From NCBI GenBank assembly GCA_028727105.1, contig JAQYOU010000022.1, forward strand, positions 17,175 through 81,174: a stretch of DNA of 64,000 nucleotides, read 5' to 3'. The stretch comes from a bacterium (lineage in GTDB: Bacteria > Bacillota > Clostridia > Lachnospirales > Lachnospiraceae). The notes under the pieces are model-generated. The model did not search any database. It had not been told where the DNA came from and saw only the letters and a program-made list of their open reading frames with translations. Below are positions 19,351-29,049 of the stretch, piece after piece; within the stretch, counting starts at the first letter, position 1; each line of letters opens with the position of its first letter. Both the position numbers and the translations under genes were made by a program.

Positions 19351-20778
19351 ATGGATAAGGAGTTGCAAAAGAAAAAAACAGAAAAGAAGGAAAAGGATCA
19401 ATCATTAAATACGATCTTGTTTTCGTCTTTGGGAGTTGTACTATTATTATTAGTGGAATTATTTTTGATGATTGCAATGCCACAGATGCTTCCGGCCATC
19501 GCTGCGGTTGGCGTAGCCATCGTAGGATGTGCATTCCTTGATCTGTCCACGTGTCTGAAACGTATGGAAAAGAAAGAGAAGGATCAGGAGGAGCAGTACG
19601 CTAGTATCTTAAAATCTGAGAAAGCTTCTTATCTTTTGATCCGTAAATATTTTGATGAGATTGAAGAACAGCTGAGTCTGCTGGAGGATAAGTTTACGGA
19701 ACCGTTTCAGGAAGTAGTGGCAGCCCAGAAGGCAACGGCGAAGGTTACGATCAATCGCAACAAAGAAAATACCGATGCGCTCATGAATTCTAATGATAAG
19801 CTGTTGGAACTGGTGTTCAATCTGGAGGGCAAGATTGAGGAAATGTCTGATTCTATTTCTGCCGGATTCGATGAGCGCGCAAAAGACCAAAATGCTGTAC
19901 TTTTACAAAAGCAGACAGACCTGTCGAATCAGCTGCGTGAACTGGAGCTGAGTCTTAGAAATGAGATTCTTCAGGCAGTGAATAAACTATCTACCGTATC
20001 TCCCCAGGTTGTGATGGCACCCCCGCAGATGATGCAGATGCAGCAGCCGGTTGCCGCTCCTGCTTCCATGGAGCCGAAGCCGTTTGCATTTTCTGAACCT
20101 TCTGTCGGAGTCGAAGATCCGGATGGATCAGGAGATCTTGGCGGCTTGGATGATCTTGGTGGGCTGGGAGATCTTGGTGATCTTCCGGACTTTTTACCGA
20201 TGGATGCGGCTGAGGAAACATTATCTGAACCTGCCTATGAGAAAGAAGAGCCGATGTTTTCGCCTATGGTGGAAGAAGTGTTACCTGAGCCGGAATTTGA
20301 ACCTATTGCTGAGCCTGAACCTGTACCGGAACCTGAGCCTGAACCAGCGGTGGAAGAATTACCGCCGATGCCGGATCTGTCAGACCCGAATAAGATGATG
20401 AGTCCGGATGAGATTGCGGCATTGCTGGCAAATATGAATGCGGAGGCATCTGTGGTGGCTGAAGAGGTAGTGGAGGAGGAGCCGATTTCGGAACCCGAAC
20501 CTTTACCGGAGCCTGTTTCGGAGGAGCTTCCTTCCATATCTGATATCGATCTTTCGGATCCGAACCGCATCATGAGCCCGGATGAGATTTCCGCGCTGCT
20601 GGCAAGCATGGCTGCCGATACGGAAAGTGCGGCTTCGTTACCGGATGTCGAGCTTGTGGAAGATGAACCAGAGCCTGAACCGGTGGAAGAGGAAAAACCG
20701 CCGATGCCGGATCTGTCAGATCCGAACCGACAGATGAGTCCTGACGAGATCGCGGCTTTGTTTGCAAATCTCGGCTAA
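19351..20778 (+). CDS. membrane-anchored coiled-coil protein with acidic Pro/Glu tail and three DLSDPNxxMSPDEIxALxA repeats
   Basis: two TMs, coiled coil, EPEP linkers, repeats at ~20362, ~20548 and ~20698. Confidence 0.85.
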   Translation: MDKELQKKKTEKKEKDQSLNTILFSSLGVVLLLLVELFLMIAMPQMLPAIAAVGVAIVGCAFLDLSTCLKRMEKKEKDQEEQYASILKSEKASYLLIRKYFDEIEEQLSLLEDKFTEPFQEVVAAQKATAKVTINRNKENTDALMNSNDKLLELVFNLEGKIEEMSDSISAGFDERAKDQNAVLLQKQTDLSNQLRELELSLRNEILQAVNKLSTVSPQVVMAPPQMMQMQQPVAAPASMEPKPFAFSEPSVGVEDPDGSGDLGGLDDLGGLGDLGDLPDFLPMDAAEETLSEPAYEKEEPMFSPMVEEVLPEPEFEPIAEPEPVPEPEPEPAVEELPPMPDLSDPNKMMSPDEIAALLANMNAEASVVAEEVVEEEPISEPEPLPEPVSEELPSISDIDLSDPNRIMSPDEISALLASMAADTESAASLPDVELVEDEPEPEPVEEEKPPMPDLSDPNRQMSPDEIAALFANLG

Positions 20779-20864
20779 AAGAGCTGTTTTTTGGAGTCGT
20801 ATTTGATAGGAATTGTCTGAAAAACAAGAAAATAAAAAAAATTTGAAAAAAATAAAAAAAATGC

Positions 20865-20893
20865 TTGCATTTTTCTTTGGGACGAGGTATACT
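20865..20893 (+). promoter_or_regulatory. sigma-A promoter of tRNA-Lys with A-tract UP element
   Basis: TTGCAT-17-TATACT preceded by phased A tracts. Confidence 0.75.
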
Positions 20894-20924
20894 ATGTCTT
20901 GCGTTGAGGAAAACGCAAGCACAA

Positions 20925-20997
20925 GCGCCTCTAGCTCAGCTGGCAGAGCACCTGACTCTTAATCAGGGTGTCCAGGGTTCGAACCCCTGGAGGCGCA
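20925..20997 (+). tRNA. tRNA-Lys(CUU)
   Basis: GCGCCTC/GAGGCGC acceptor stem, CCTGA-CTCTTAA-TCAGG anticodon arm, GGTTCGAACCC; CCA not encoded. Confidence 0.96.
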
Positions 20998-21001
20998 TTT
21001 C

Positions 21002-21034
21002 AGACTACAGAATTCGTTCTGTGGTCTTTTTTTT
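21002..21034 (+). terminator. intrinsic terminator
   Basis: AGACTACAGAA-TTCG-TTCTGTGGTCT followed by T-run. Confidence 0.8.
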
Positions 21035-21127
21035 GCTTTCAAATATTTTGAAAAAATGGTATAGTAAAAATAACCGTATCGTGGGTCAGATCAATACGGA
21101 AATATATGAATTGGGAGGATTTTGATT

Positions 21128-21808
21128 ATGAGATACCAGGTGATTGGAGATACGATGCCTGCAGTAGAGGTGACTTTTGATCAGGCCGGAGAGTCGATGT
21201 TTACGCAATCCGGCGGAATGTCATGGATGAGTGAGGGTGTATCCATGGATTCCAACATGCGCGGCGGTCTGGGAAAGAGTCTTGGAAGGATGTTTTCCGG
21301 TGAGTCCATTTTTATGGCGACTTATCGCGCAGAGCGTCCCGGTGCATCCATCGCTTTTGCATCTACCGTTGCAGGCGAGGTGCTTCCGGTAGATATCGGT
21401 GCCAGCGGCGGATTGATCGCACAGAAGGGTGCGTTTCTCTGCGCAGAACAATCGGTAGAGTTGAGTGTTGCATTTACAAAGAAGCTTTCTGCCGGATTTT
21501 TTGGCGGAGAAGGTTTTATCTTACAGGATATCCATGGAACCGGTATGGCGTTTTTGGAGATTGACGGAAATAAGGTTGAGAAGGTTCTGGCTCCGGGCGA
21601 AGTGCTAAAGGTTGATACCGGAAATGTAGTTGCATTCGAGAAGAGCGTTCATTATGAGATAGAGACCGTGAAGGGACTGAAAAATATCTTTTTTGGCGGC
21701 GAGGGACTGTTTCTTACCAAGCTGACCGGTCCGGGTCGTGTCATCTTACAGACGCAGAACTTTAACGAGTTTGCCGGGCGGATCATCAGCATGATTCCAT
21801 CTAAGTAG
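21128..21808 (+). CDS. TIGR00266/AIM24 family protein
   Basis: GGMSWM, FSGESIF, FFGGEGF x2, GPGRVILQT. Confidence 0.9.
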   Translation: MRYQVIGDTMPAVEVTFDQAGESMFTQSGGMSWMSEGVSMDSNMRGGLGKSLGRMFSGESIFMATYRAERPGASIAFASTVAGEVLPVDIGASGGLIAQKGAFLCAEQSVELSVAFTKKLSAGFFGGEGFILQDIHGTGMAFLEIDGNKVEKVLAPGEVLKVDTGNVVAFEKSVHYEIETVKGLKNIFFGGEGLFLTKLTGPGRVILQTQNFNEFAGRIISMIPSK

Positions 21809-21909
21809 GAATATGTCTCCCCGTTGCATGAAGTGGCGGGGAGATTTGATGAATAGAACAAGATAATTGGGTAATGAATGAAATAAGAATCATTAAAGGA
21901 GGTACTGAC

Positions 21910-22512
21910 ATGAATAACAAGGCAATGCATCGTTTAAGCTATGGTTTGTTTGTATTGACGGCTAAGGAAGGTGAAAAGGATAACGGTTGTATCGTAAATA
22001 CCGTGATCCAGGTGACGACGGAGCCGAACTGTATTGCAGTGGCAGTGAACAAGAAGAATTATACACACGATATGATCGAGCGGACGGGAATGTTTAATGT
22101 TTCTGTTCTGACGGAGAAATCCAGCTTTGAGACTTATAAACACTGGGGCTTTCAGAGTGGAGCTGATGTGGATAAGACAGCTGAGATCACGTTTTCCCGT
22201 GCAAATAATGATATTATCTACCTGACTGAGGAGACCAATGCGTTTCTTTCCGCAAGGGTAAGAAGCTCCATCGATCTTGGTACTCATACCTTGTTTTTAG
22301 CTGAGGTGACGGACGCGGAAGTGCTTTCTGATGATCCTTCTGTAACGTACGCGTATTATCAGAGCAACATCAAGCAGGCACCGAAGGCAGATGCACCGAA
22401 AAAAGGCTTTATCTGTACGGTTTGCGGATATATTTATGAAGGAGATACACTTCCGGATGATTTTATCTGCCCGTGGTGCAAGCACCCGGCATCTGATTTC
22501 AAGCCGCTGTAA
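21910..22512 (+). CDS. flavin reductase with C-terminal rubredoxin
   Basis: LSYGLFVLT, NGCIVNT, GTHTLF; CTVCGYIY..CPWC. Confidence 0.92.
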   Translation: MNNKAMHRLSYGLFVLTAKEGEKDNGCIVNTVIQVTTEPNCIAVAVNKKNYTHDMIERTGMFNVSVLTEKSSFETYKHWGFQSGADVDKTAEITFSRANNDIIYLTEETNAFLSARVRSSIDLGTHTLFLAEVTDAEVLSDDPSVTYAYYQSNIKQAPKADAPKKGFICTVCGYIYEGDTLPDDFICPWCKHPASDFKPL

Positions 22513-22573
22513 AAAATGAATACATGCTGCGTGAATATTAAAATGAAAGTATTGCTTGGATAAGGACTGTATC

Positions 22574-24544
22574 ATGAATATCTTAACATTAGAGAACATT
22601 GAAAAAAATTACTCGGAGAGAAAACTGTTTGATAAAGCTTCTTTTTACTTACAGGAAGGTGAAAAGGTGGGTATCATCGGGATCAACGGCACCGGAAAGT
22701 CCACGTTGCTGCGCATGATGGCAGGCGAGGATGAACCGGATGCAGGGCGTGTGGTATATGCAAACCATGTGGTGGTACAGATGCTTTCCCAGCAGCCGGT
22801 GTTTGCAGCGGGTGCGACTGTGATACAGGCGGCGCTTGGTGTGCAGTCAGTACCGGGAAGTGTGTCACAGATATCGGCCGGGGATGTGATGCAGGCCTTG
22901 TCGGATATACACGGGAAGCATCTGGATACCGATCATTTTGCCAGAGAGGCGCAGGCGAAGCAGATGCTTGCGGAGCTGGGTATTACAGATTTTGATGTGC
23001 CTGTTGAGAAATTGTCCGGCGGTTTGAAAAAGCGTGTGGCGATCGTGGGCACACTCTTATCTGAGGCAGATATTTTGCTGATGGACGAGCCCACGAACCA
23101 TTTGGACAGCCAGACTTCGCAGTGGCTGGAGAATTATTTGAAACAATACAGAGGAGCGGTCGTGCTTGTCACACACGACCGCTATTTTCTGGACAGCGTT
23201 GTGAATCGGATCGTTGAGATCGACAAGGGTCAGATGTACAGCTATGATGCCAATTATGCCGGTTTTTTAGAGCTGAAGGCAGCCAGAGAGGACATGGAGG
23301 ATGCCAGTGAGCGAAAGCGCCAGTCGATCCTGCGCGTGGAGCTGGAGTGGGTGAAGCGCGGTGCCCGGGCCAGAACAACGAAGCAGAAAGCAAGGCTGGA
23401 GCGCTATGAGGAACTGAAAAGCCGTAGGGCGCCTGTTCGGGACGGAAGTGTGGAGTTGTCATCGGTTTCCAGCCGCATGGGACGCACAACGGTGGAGCTT
23501 CACCATGTGAGTAAGGGTTATGACAGGCAGTTGTTTACTGATTTTAACTATATTTTCCTGAAAGGTGACCGTATCGGCTTCGTGGGTGAGAACGGATGCG
23601 GAAAAACAACGATGATGAAGCTGATCGCCGGGATCCTTCAGCCGGATGAAGGTAAGGTTATTGTCGGTCAGACGGTGAAGATCGGTTATTATTCCCAGGA
23701 GTGGGAAAATGATCCGTCTGCCGGTATTGCCTACATGGATCCCCAGGCGCGGGTGATTGACTATATCCGTGATACGGCGGAGTATGTGCGCACGAAGGAT
23801 GGCCTGGTTTCTGCTTCCTCCATGCTGGACAAGTTTTTGTTTCCACCGCAGGAGCAGTATGCACGCATCGAGAAGCTCTCCGGTGGGGAGAAAAAACGTT
23901 TGAATCTGCTTCGGGTGCTGATGGAAGCGCCGAATGTGCTTATTTTGGATGAGCCGACCAATGATCTGGATATTCAGACGTTAACGATCTTAGAGGATTA
24001 TCTGGATTCCTTTGACGGAATTGTGATCGTCGTGTCCCATGACCGCTATTTTCTCGATCGTGTGACGAAGCGGTTGTTTGTATTTGAGCCGGGCGGTATC
24101 CGTCAGTTTGAGGGAAATTACAGTGATTATGCACTTGTGAGGGAGATGGAGGGCGCGATAGCGGCTATGGATGCAGACAACGTTGCCGGAAAGGCGACTG
24201 CCGGTAAAGAGACATCTTCCGGTGTGGCGGACGGATCTGCAGGCGATCCTGCACCGCTATCAAAAGCCGAGGAACGCGCCAGACAGGGGCGTACCCATGC
24301 CACGAAAGTGAAATTTACCTATAAAGAGCAGCAGGATTGGGACACGATCGAGGATCAGATCGCTGCTCTGGAGGAGAAAATCGAGTCTTTGGAGGGTCAG
24401 ATTGCTGCCAATGCAAAGGATTTTGTGAAGCTGAACGAGCTGATGGCACAAAAAGAGCAGGCGGAGAGTGAGCTGGAGGAGCGCATGGAGCGTTGGATGT
24501 ATCTGCAGGAGAAGTATGAGGAGATCATGGCTGCAAAGGAGTAA
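22574..24544 (+). CDS. ABC-F ATPase (Uup/YfmR-like)
   Basis: two NBDs (GINGTGKST, GENGCGKTT; LSGG; DEPTN), ARARTTKQKAR linker, C-terminal coiled coil, no TM. Confidence 0.93.
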   Translation: MNILTLENIEKNYSERKLFDKASFYLQEGEKVGIIGINGTGKSTLLRMMAGEDEPDAGRVVYANHVVVQMLSQQPVFAAGATVIQAALGVQSVPGSVSQISAGDVMQALSDIHGKHLDTDHFAREAQAKQMLAELGITDFDVPVEKLSGGLKKRVAIVGTLLSEADILLMDEPTNHLDSQTSQWLENYLKQYRGAVVLVTHDRYFLDSVVNRIVEIDKGQMYSYDANYAGFLELKAAREDMEDASERKRQSILRVELEWVKRGARARTTKQKARLERYEELKSRRAPVRDGSVELSSVSSRMGRTTVELHHVSKGYDRQLFTDFNYIFLKGDRIGFVGENGCGKTTMMKLIAGILQPDEGKVIVGQTVKIGYYSQEWENDPSAGIAYMDPQARVIDYIRDTAEYVRTKDGLVSASSMLDKFLFPPQEQYARIEKLSGGEKKRLNLLRVLMEAPNVLILDEPTNDLDIQTLTILEDYLDSFDGIVIVVSHDRYFLDRVTKRLFVFEPGGIRQFEGNYSDYALVREMEGAIAAMDADNVAGKATAGKETSSGVADGSAGDPAPLSKAEERARQGRTHATKVKFTYKEQQDWDTIEDQIAALEEKIESLEGQIAANAKDFVKLNELMAQKEQAESELEERMERWMYLQEKYEEIMAAKE

Positions 24545-24622
24545 ATGACAGCTCTTGTGCGGCGGACAAGATAAGAAGCTGTGTATGATCACTGGGAAAG
24601 GAATCGTAGAGGGGACAAATGA

Positions 24623-25789
24623 ATGAGTGAATGGAAGGTGCTGTTTGAAGAAAATTTCTGGGGTAGTGCCAGAGAGGAGGATCCGGCCTTTGAGGCGAAA
24701 ATGGAGATTGATCATCCGCTTCCCACAGTGGAGCATCCGGTGAATCAGACAGTTAGCTGGTGCGGCGAGACATGGAAGATCCTGTCTGTGTATACATGTG
24801 AAAAAGGTCTGGTGGTCGATTATTGTAAACAAACGGATCCGGCGGAGCTGGTAGCATTCATGGAGAAGTATCAGGCAGCACATCTGGAGGAGAATTTTGA
24901 TGAAGAGCTGTTTGAGCGTCTGCAATTGGAAAATCCGTCAGCGCCGAATGTGCTGCTTCGCATGAGCCGGGGAGAGGTGAAATTGTCATGCAGGGGCAGC
25001 AGTGGATTGCATTATATGCCTGTGAACCTGAATAAACGCGAGACACCGGATATGCGTTTGACTGATGATACAGCTGTGAATGCGGATATGAACATAGAGT
25101 TCGATGAACAAAGTCGTGAAATAGAAGCTGACCCGATTGCACTGGCTTGTGTGGAGCATTATAGATTGGATGAAGCGTTCGCATACAGCATTTCCCGCGC
25201 GCATTTTCTGTGGGATAAGGGACATGTGGAAGACTTGTCCGGTCTGACCGTCACCTTTTATGAGCAGGATGTGCATGTGCCGGGTGCGCATTTTACGCTG
25301 ACCGGAGAAAAACAGGAGATTCCGCTGGTGCATCCGGTCTCCGGAGAAAAATACATGCTGCATATCGACCGCATTGAGGAAAATGAGCTGCCCGCCGAGC
25401 ATTTGGAACGGATGAACAGCATTCGGGCACATGATGAACCGGAGATGCTGTATCCCACGTATTTTGAGACAGTCTATTATGGAGTGGAACCGGAGACCGG
25501 TGCGGATCAGTTTTGCATAAAAGCATGTGCGAAAGGCGATTCTCCGATAGCGAAGGGCCATGGTGCGGTAGCTGCTTCCTCGGTGGCAGTGATCGGCAGC
25601 GCATGCGGACCGACTTCGATCTTTGTTGCGGGAAACATGAGGTCTGAGCTTCACATGAAAAGCATTTGTTCACCGCTCTTTTTTGAACCGACACCGGTGC
25701 GTGAGTGGTATGTGACTTACTTTATGAAGCGCCGGGAGGATCTGAGTGTAGAGCTTGTATGTTCATGTATGACAGGTGCACGTGGATGA
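24623..25789 (+). CDS. hypothetical protein with OadB-like VIGSACGPTSIF motif
   Basis: 388-aa ORF with GAGGGG RBS; mostly hydrophilic. Confidence 0.75.
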   Translation: MSEWKVLFEENFWGSAREEDPAFEAKMEIDHPLPTVEHPVNQTVSWCGETWKILSVYTCEKGLVVDYCKQTDPAELVAFMEKYQAAHLEENFDEELFERLQLENPSAPNVLLRMSRGEVKLSCRGSSGLHYMPVNLNKRETPDMRLTDDTAVNADMNIEFDEQSREIEADPIALACVEHYRLDEAFAYSISRAHFLWDKGHVEDLSGLTVTFYEQDVHVPGAHFTLTGEKQEIPLVHPVSGEKYMLHIDRIEENELPAEHLERMNSIRAHDEPEMLYPTYFETVYYGVEPETGADQFCIKACAKGDSPIAKGHGAVAASSVAVIGSACGPTSIFVAGNMRSELHMKSICSPLFFEPTPVREWYVTYFMKRREDLSVELVCSCMTGARG

Positions 25790-25935
25790 TGAAATATGGC
25801 ACCGTATGATCCTGTGAAAAGTTAGACACAGTTCAGCAGTTTGATGATCTCCAAAAATGCGCGGTGGATACATTCACATCGTTCGTGTAATCTATTGCAG
25901 CGATTGATGCGCCGTCGGCAGGAATGAAAAAAATG

Positions 25936-25980
25936 ATGTCGCATAGGCTTTTTATTTAGCTTATGCGACATTTTTGTTTT
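25936..25980. terminator. bidirectional terminator
   Basis: ATGTCGCATAGGCT..AGCTTATGCGACAT flanked by A- and T-runs between convergent genes. Confidence 0.7.
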
Positions 25981-26033
25981 GGTTACCTGTATTTCAGTGA
26001 AAGCGGGTACAATTGTGTCGATGGTCGGTTGAT

Positions 26034-26681
26034 TTATTTTCGTGCAGCGATCAGCTTGCAGATCGGATTGCCCTGGGATGAAAATTTTTCTTCATATTCG
26101 GTCATAATATTACCGTTGAACATTTCCGGCGTGTGATGCAGGTCAAAGGTGTGTGCGGTCACGTTCCAGATATCAGAGGCACCGATCTCCTCCAAAGAAA
26201 AGTCGAACAGTCCGCGGTTGTCGGTTTTGAATTCGATGGTTCCGTCAGGAACCAGGATCCGGTCATAGCGTGCCAGAAACTCGGAGGATGTCAGGCGTCT
26301 GCGGGCGTGACGGTCCTTCGGCCACGGATCGGAAAAGTTCAGATAGATCCGTGAAACCTCGTCCGGTGCAAATACTTCCGGAAGCTCTGCGGCATCCATA
26401 CACACAAAGAGCAGATTTTTCGGCGGATGTTCCGTGTCGATCTTTTGGATCGCGCGAAGTAGTACACTTGTGTAGCGCTCGATCCCGATATAGTTGATAT
26501 CCGGATGCGCAGCTGCCTGACCGAAGAGAAACTGTCCCTTTCCCATACCAACCTCGATATGAATGGGCTGTTCTTGTTCAAAACGTGTATTCCACTTGCC
26601 GCGCAGGGCAGCAGGTTCATCAATGACATAGGGGCAGGCTGCTACTGCAGCGTCTGCTCCGGGTATATTTCGAAGTCTCAT
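26034..26681 (-). CDS. trmB: tRNA (guanine-N7)-methyltransferase TrmB
   Basis: MRLRN, IEVGMGKG, LNFSDPWPK..H..RRLT, FKTDN, TEYEEKF. Confidence 0.95.
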   Translation of the reverse strand: MRLRNIPGADAAVAACPYVIDEPAALRGKWNTRFEQEQPIHIEVGMGKGQFLFGQAAAHPDINYIGIERYTSVLLRAIQKIDTEHPPKNLLFVCMDAAELPEVFAPDEVSRIYLNFSDPWPKDRHARRRLTSSEFLARYDRILVPDGTIEFKTDNRGLFDFSLEEIGASDIWNVTAHTFDLHHTPEMFNGNIMTEYEEKFSSQGNPICKLIAARK

Positions 26682-26780
26682 GTCCTCTGGTTTTCTCCTT
26701 AAAAAAGTCTTGCGTAACATATTCACGGATATTATACTAAAATAGGAAAAAACTAAAATCAAGATAAAAATGAGGAAATT

Positions 26781-28229
26781 ATGAAAAAAAGAAAAACAAA
26801 GCTCGCTTGTCTTTTGACAGCTTTTTTCTGTCTTATAAATTTTGTGATTCCTGTTCAGGCAAAGGAGGTGTGGCCTGAGATGCCGCAGGTGGAGGCGCCT
26901 TCGATGTGTGTGATCGAGGTTTCTACCGGTACGATCCTATACGAGCGGAATATGGATGAACAGAATTATCCGGCCAGTATTACAAAGATCATGACAGCAT
27001 TGCTGGCGATCGAGAATTCTTCTCTTGATGAGATCGTTACATTCTCAGAGGAAGCTGTGTACGGCAATGAGGGTGATACCTCCCATATCAGTCGGGATAT
27101 CGGCGAAGAGATGACCATGGAGGAGTGCCTTTATGGTATGATGCTGGAGTCAGCAAATGAGTGCGCATGGGCCATCGGTGAGCATATCGGTGGAACCATG
27201 AAGGAGTTTACGAAGATGATGAATGAGCGTGCGAAGGAGCTTGGCTGCACGAACACGCATTTTAATAATCCGAATGGACTTCCGGATGAGGAACACTGGA
27301 CAAGCGCCCATGATATGGCTTTAATATCTGCGGAAGCATACAAGAATGAGACGTTTCGCGTGATCGCTGCTACCCAGTCCTACACCATTCCTCCGACAAA
27401 TAAGCACTCAGATCCGACACTGCTTCACAATCATCATCTGATGATCTATCCCTTCCATGGAAATTATGAACATCTGTATGACTATGCAACAGGCGGAAAG
27501 ACCGGATATACAGATGCGGCAGGAAGTACGCTGGTATCTTTTGCACAACAAGGCGACATGGCGCTGGTCTGTGTCGTGATGAGAGAAAAATCACCGGCTC
27601 ATTATACCGATACGCGGAAAATGTTTGATTTCTGCTTTGAGAATTTTAAGCTGTTGCACGTAGCAGAGCATTTGCCGGAGGCTGCCAAGGATGAGGATAC
27701 ACCGGCATTTGCCGGCGTGGATGAAAATGCCACTGTTATTCTTCCGGTAGGAGTATCCTTTGAGGATCTGGCTTCAAAGGTTGTATATGACAGCAGTGAT
27801 GACCATGTGCTTGGAACACTGGTTTATTCCTATGCAGACCGCGTGGTCGGGAAAGCAGATATTCAGATGAACGATATTGGATCGGAAAGCTTTACCTTCC
27901 ATGAGCATGTAGGCGAAGGAGAAGAAGCGAAAGAAGAAGCCGAAGAGACTAAGCCGGAAGTCACGGAGGAAAAGCCAGAGGAGCCGCATAGTATTCACAT
28001 TGAGATCAATGCAAAAACCATCGCATTTGCGGTGGCTGCACTGGCAGCGCTGGTGGTACTGATCCTGATCTTATACTGGCTGGCAACACATTCCTATATC
28101 ATCCGTCAAAAAATCGCCGGCATGCGAAGCCGGCGAAGTGAACGAAGACGTTATCAGACGATCCATGACACGCGAAAGAGTCGCAGACGTGCCAAAAAGA
28201 TTAAAAAGAGCAAAAAATTAAGGTTTTAA
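26781..28229 (+). CDS. D-alanyl-D-alanine carboxypeptidase (S11) with C-terminal TM anchor
   Basis: signal peptide, PASITK (SxxK), SAN (SxN), KTG; C-terminal TM and basic tail. Confidence 0.93.
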   Translation: MKKRKTKLACLLTAFFCLINFVIPVQAKEVWPEMPQVEAPSMCVIEVSTGTILYERNMDEQNYPASITKIMTALLAIENSSLDEIVTFSEEAVYGNEGDTSHISRDIGEEMTMEECLYGMMLESANECAWAIGEHIGGTMKEFTKMMNERAKELGCTNTHFNNPNGLPDEEHWTSAHDMALISAEAYKNETFRVIAATQSYTIPPTNKHSDPTLLHNHHLMIYPFHGNYEHLYDYATGGKTGYTDAAGSTLVSFAQQGDMALVCVVMREKSPAHYTDTRKMFDFCFENFKLLHVAEHLPEAAKDEDTPAFAGVDENATVILPVGVSFEDLASKVVYDSSDDHVLGTLVYSYADRVVGKADIQMNDIGSESFTFHEHVGEGEEAKEEAEETKPEVTEEKPEEPHSIHIEINAKTIAFAVAALAALVVLILILYWLATHSYIIRQKIAGMRSRRSERRRYQTIHDTRKSRRRAKKIKKSKKLRF

Positions 28230-28246
28230 TAAGGAAGACCTTTTGG

Positions 28247-28753
28247 TCAACCGAGAAGCATGAGACGCTGGAGCACCTGCTCCAGCTTCTTTTTTTCTCT
28301 GGTATAAATGATCAGACCGTTGTTTGTTTCCTGAATGGTCACATATTTATCGCGCAATGTGTCGGAATGGGAGATCCGATAGGTGATGTAATTGCGGTAA
28401 TCCGGATCCAGCGCCAAAAAGATCCGTTCACAGTCATCCAGAGATTCCACCCGCGCTCCGGCATGCTCCAGAAGCGAATGAAGCTCTTTATCCTGAGCAA
28501 CCTGCTCCGGCGTGCGGTCAATGATGAAAAAGCCGTCTTCGTCCTTTGGCATGTTCATGGCCTTTACTGCGCGCTGTACCTGCTTGGTCAGGCTGTCAGA
28601 AGGGGGATACAAGGCTTCGAAATAAGTGATAAAATCGGTTGCCATCCGGAAATGCTTATTTTTTCCGTTTTCTAATATCTCTGTGATAAGAATGCGTCGG
28701 ATGGCTTTTTCACATTCCTTACGGGAAGGGTTTCTTCTGATCGTATCGTCCAT
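28247..28753 (-). CDS. hypothetical protein, possible divergent ArgR-like regulator
   Basis: 168 aa; by-eye alignment to ArgR wHTH and C-terminal oligomerisation domains; GGGAG RBS. Confidence 0.6.
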   Translation of the reverse strand: MDDTIRRNPSRKECEKAIRRILITEILENGKNKHFRMATDFITYFEALYPPSDSLTKQVQRAVKAMNMPKDEDGFFIIDRTPEQVAQDKELHSLLEHAGARVESLDDCERIFLALDPDYRNYITYRISHSDTLRDKYVTIQETNNGLIIYTREKKKLEQVLQRLMLLG

Positions 28754-28838
28754 AGGATTCTCCCAAATAATAAGTGCCGGTTTTCAAAGACCGGTTGCTT
28801 TTCAAAAGTTATATAGAGACATGAATGACATAATTCTT

Positions 28839-28879
28839 TGTCCTAAAATAATTATAGGACATCAAAACGGGAAATACAA
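28839..28879 (-). promoter_or_regulatory. promoter with overlapping palindromic operator
   Basis: minus-strand TTGTAT-17-TATAAT; the -10 lies inside TGTCCTA-N9-TAGGACA (28839-28861). Confidence 0.65.
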
Positions 28880-28907
28880 GTACATATTTTGACAAATGAT
28901 GACAGGA

Positions 28908-28936
28908 TTGACAAAAGACAGACAGAATCGTATACT
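28908..28936 (+). promoter_or_regulatory. sigma-A promoter of the abiEi operon
   Basis: TTGACA-17-TATACT. Confidence 0.8.
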
Positions 28937-29049
28937 TAAAAAAGAACCAATAGGATATACGATAAGCGGAAAAAATCAGCATGTTTTGTGGTGTCCATGG
29001 AAAGCAGGCTGCAGGAATATTATGTATCGAAAGGATGGATGGTGAACAG

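Noticed and set aside
20865-21125. 86-aa ORF
   Set aside because: It overlaps the tRNA-Lys promoter, gene and terminator; spurious
28820-28838. Canonical ARG box
   Set aside because: Only a TGAAT half-site matches; symmetry is poor
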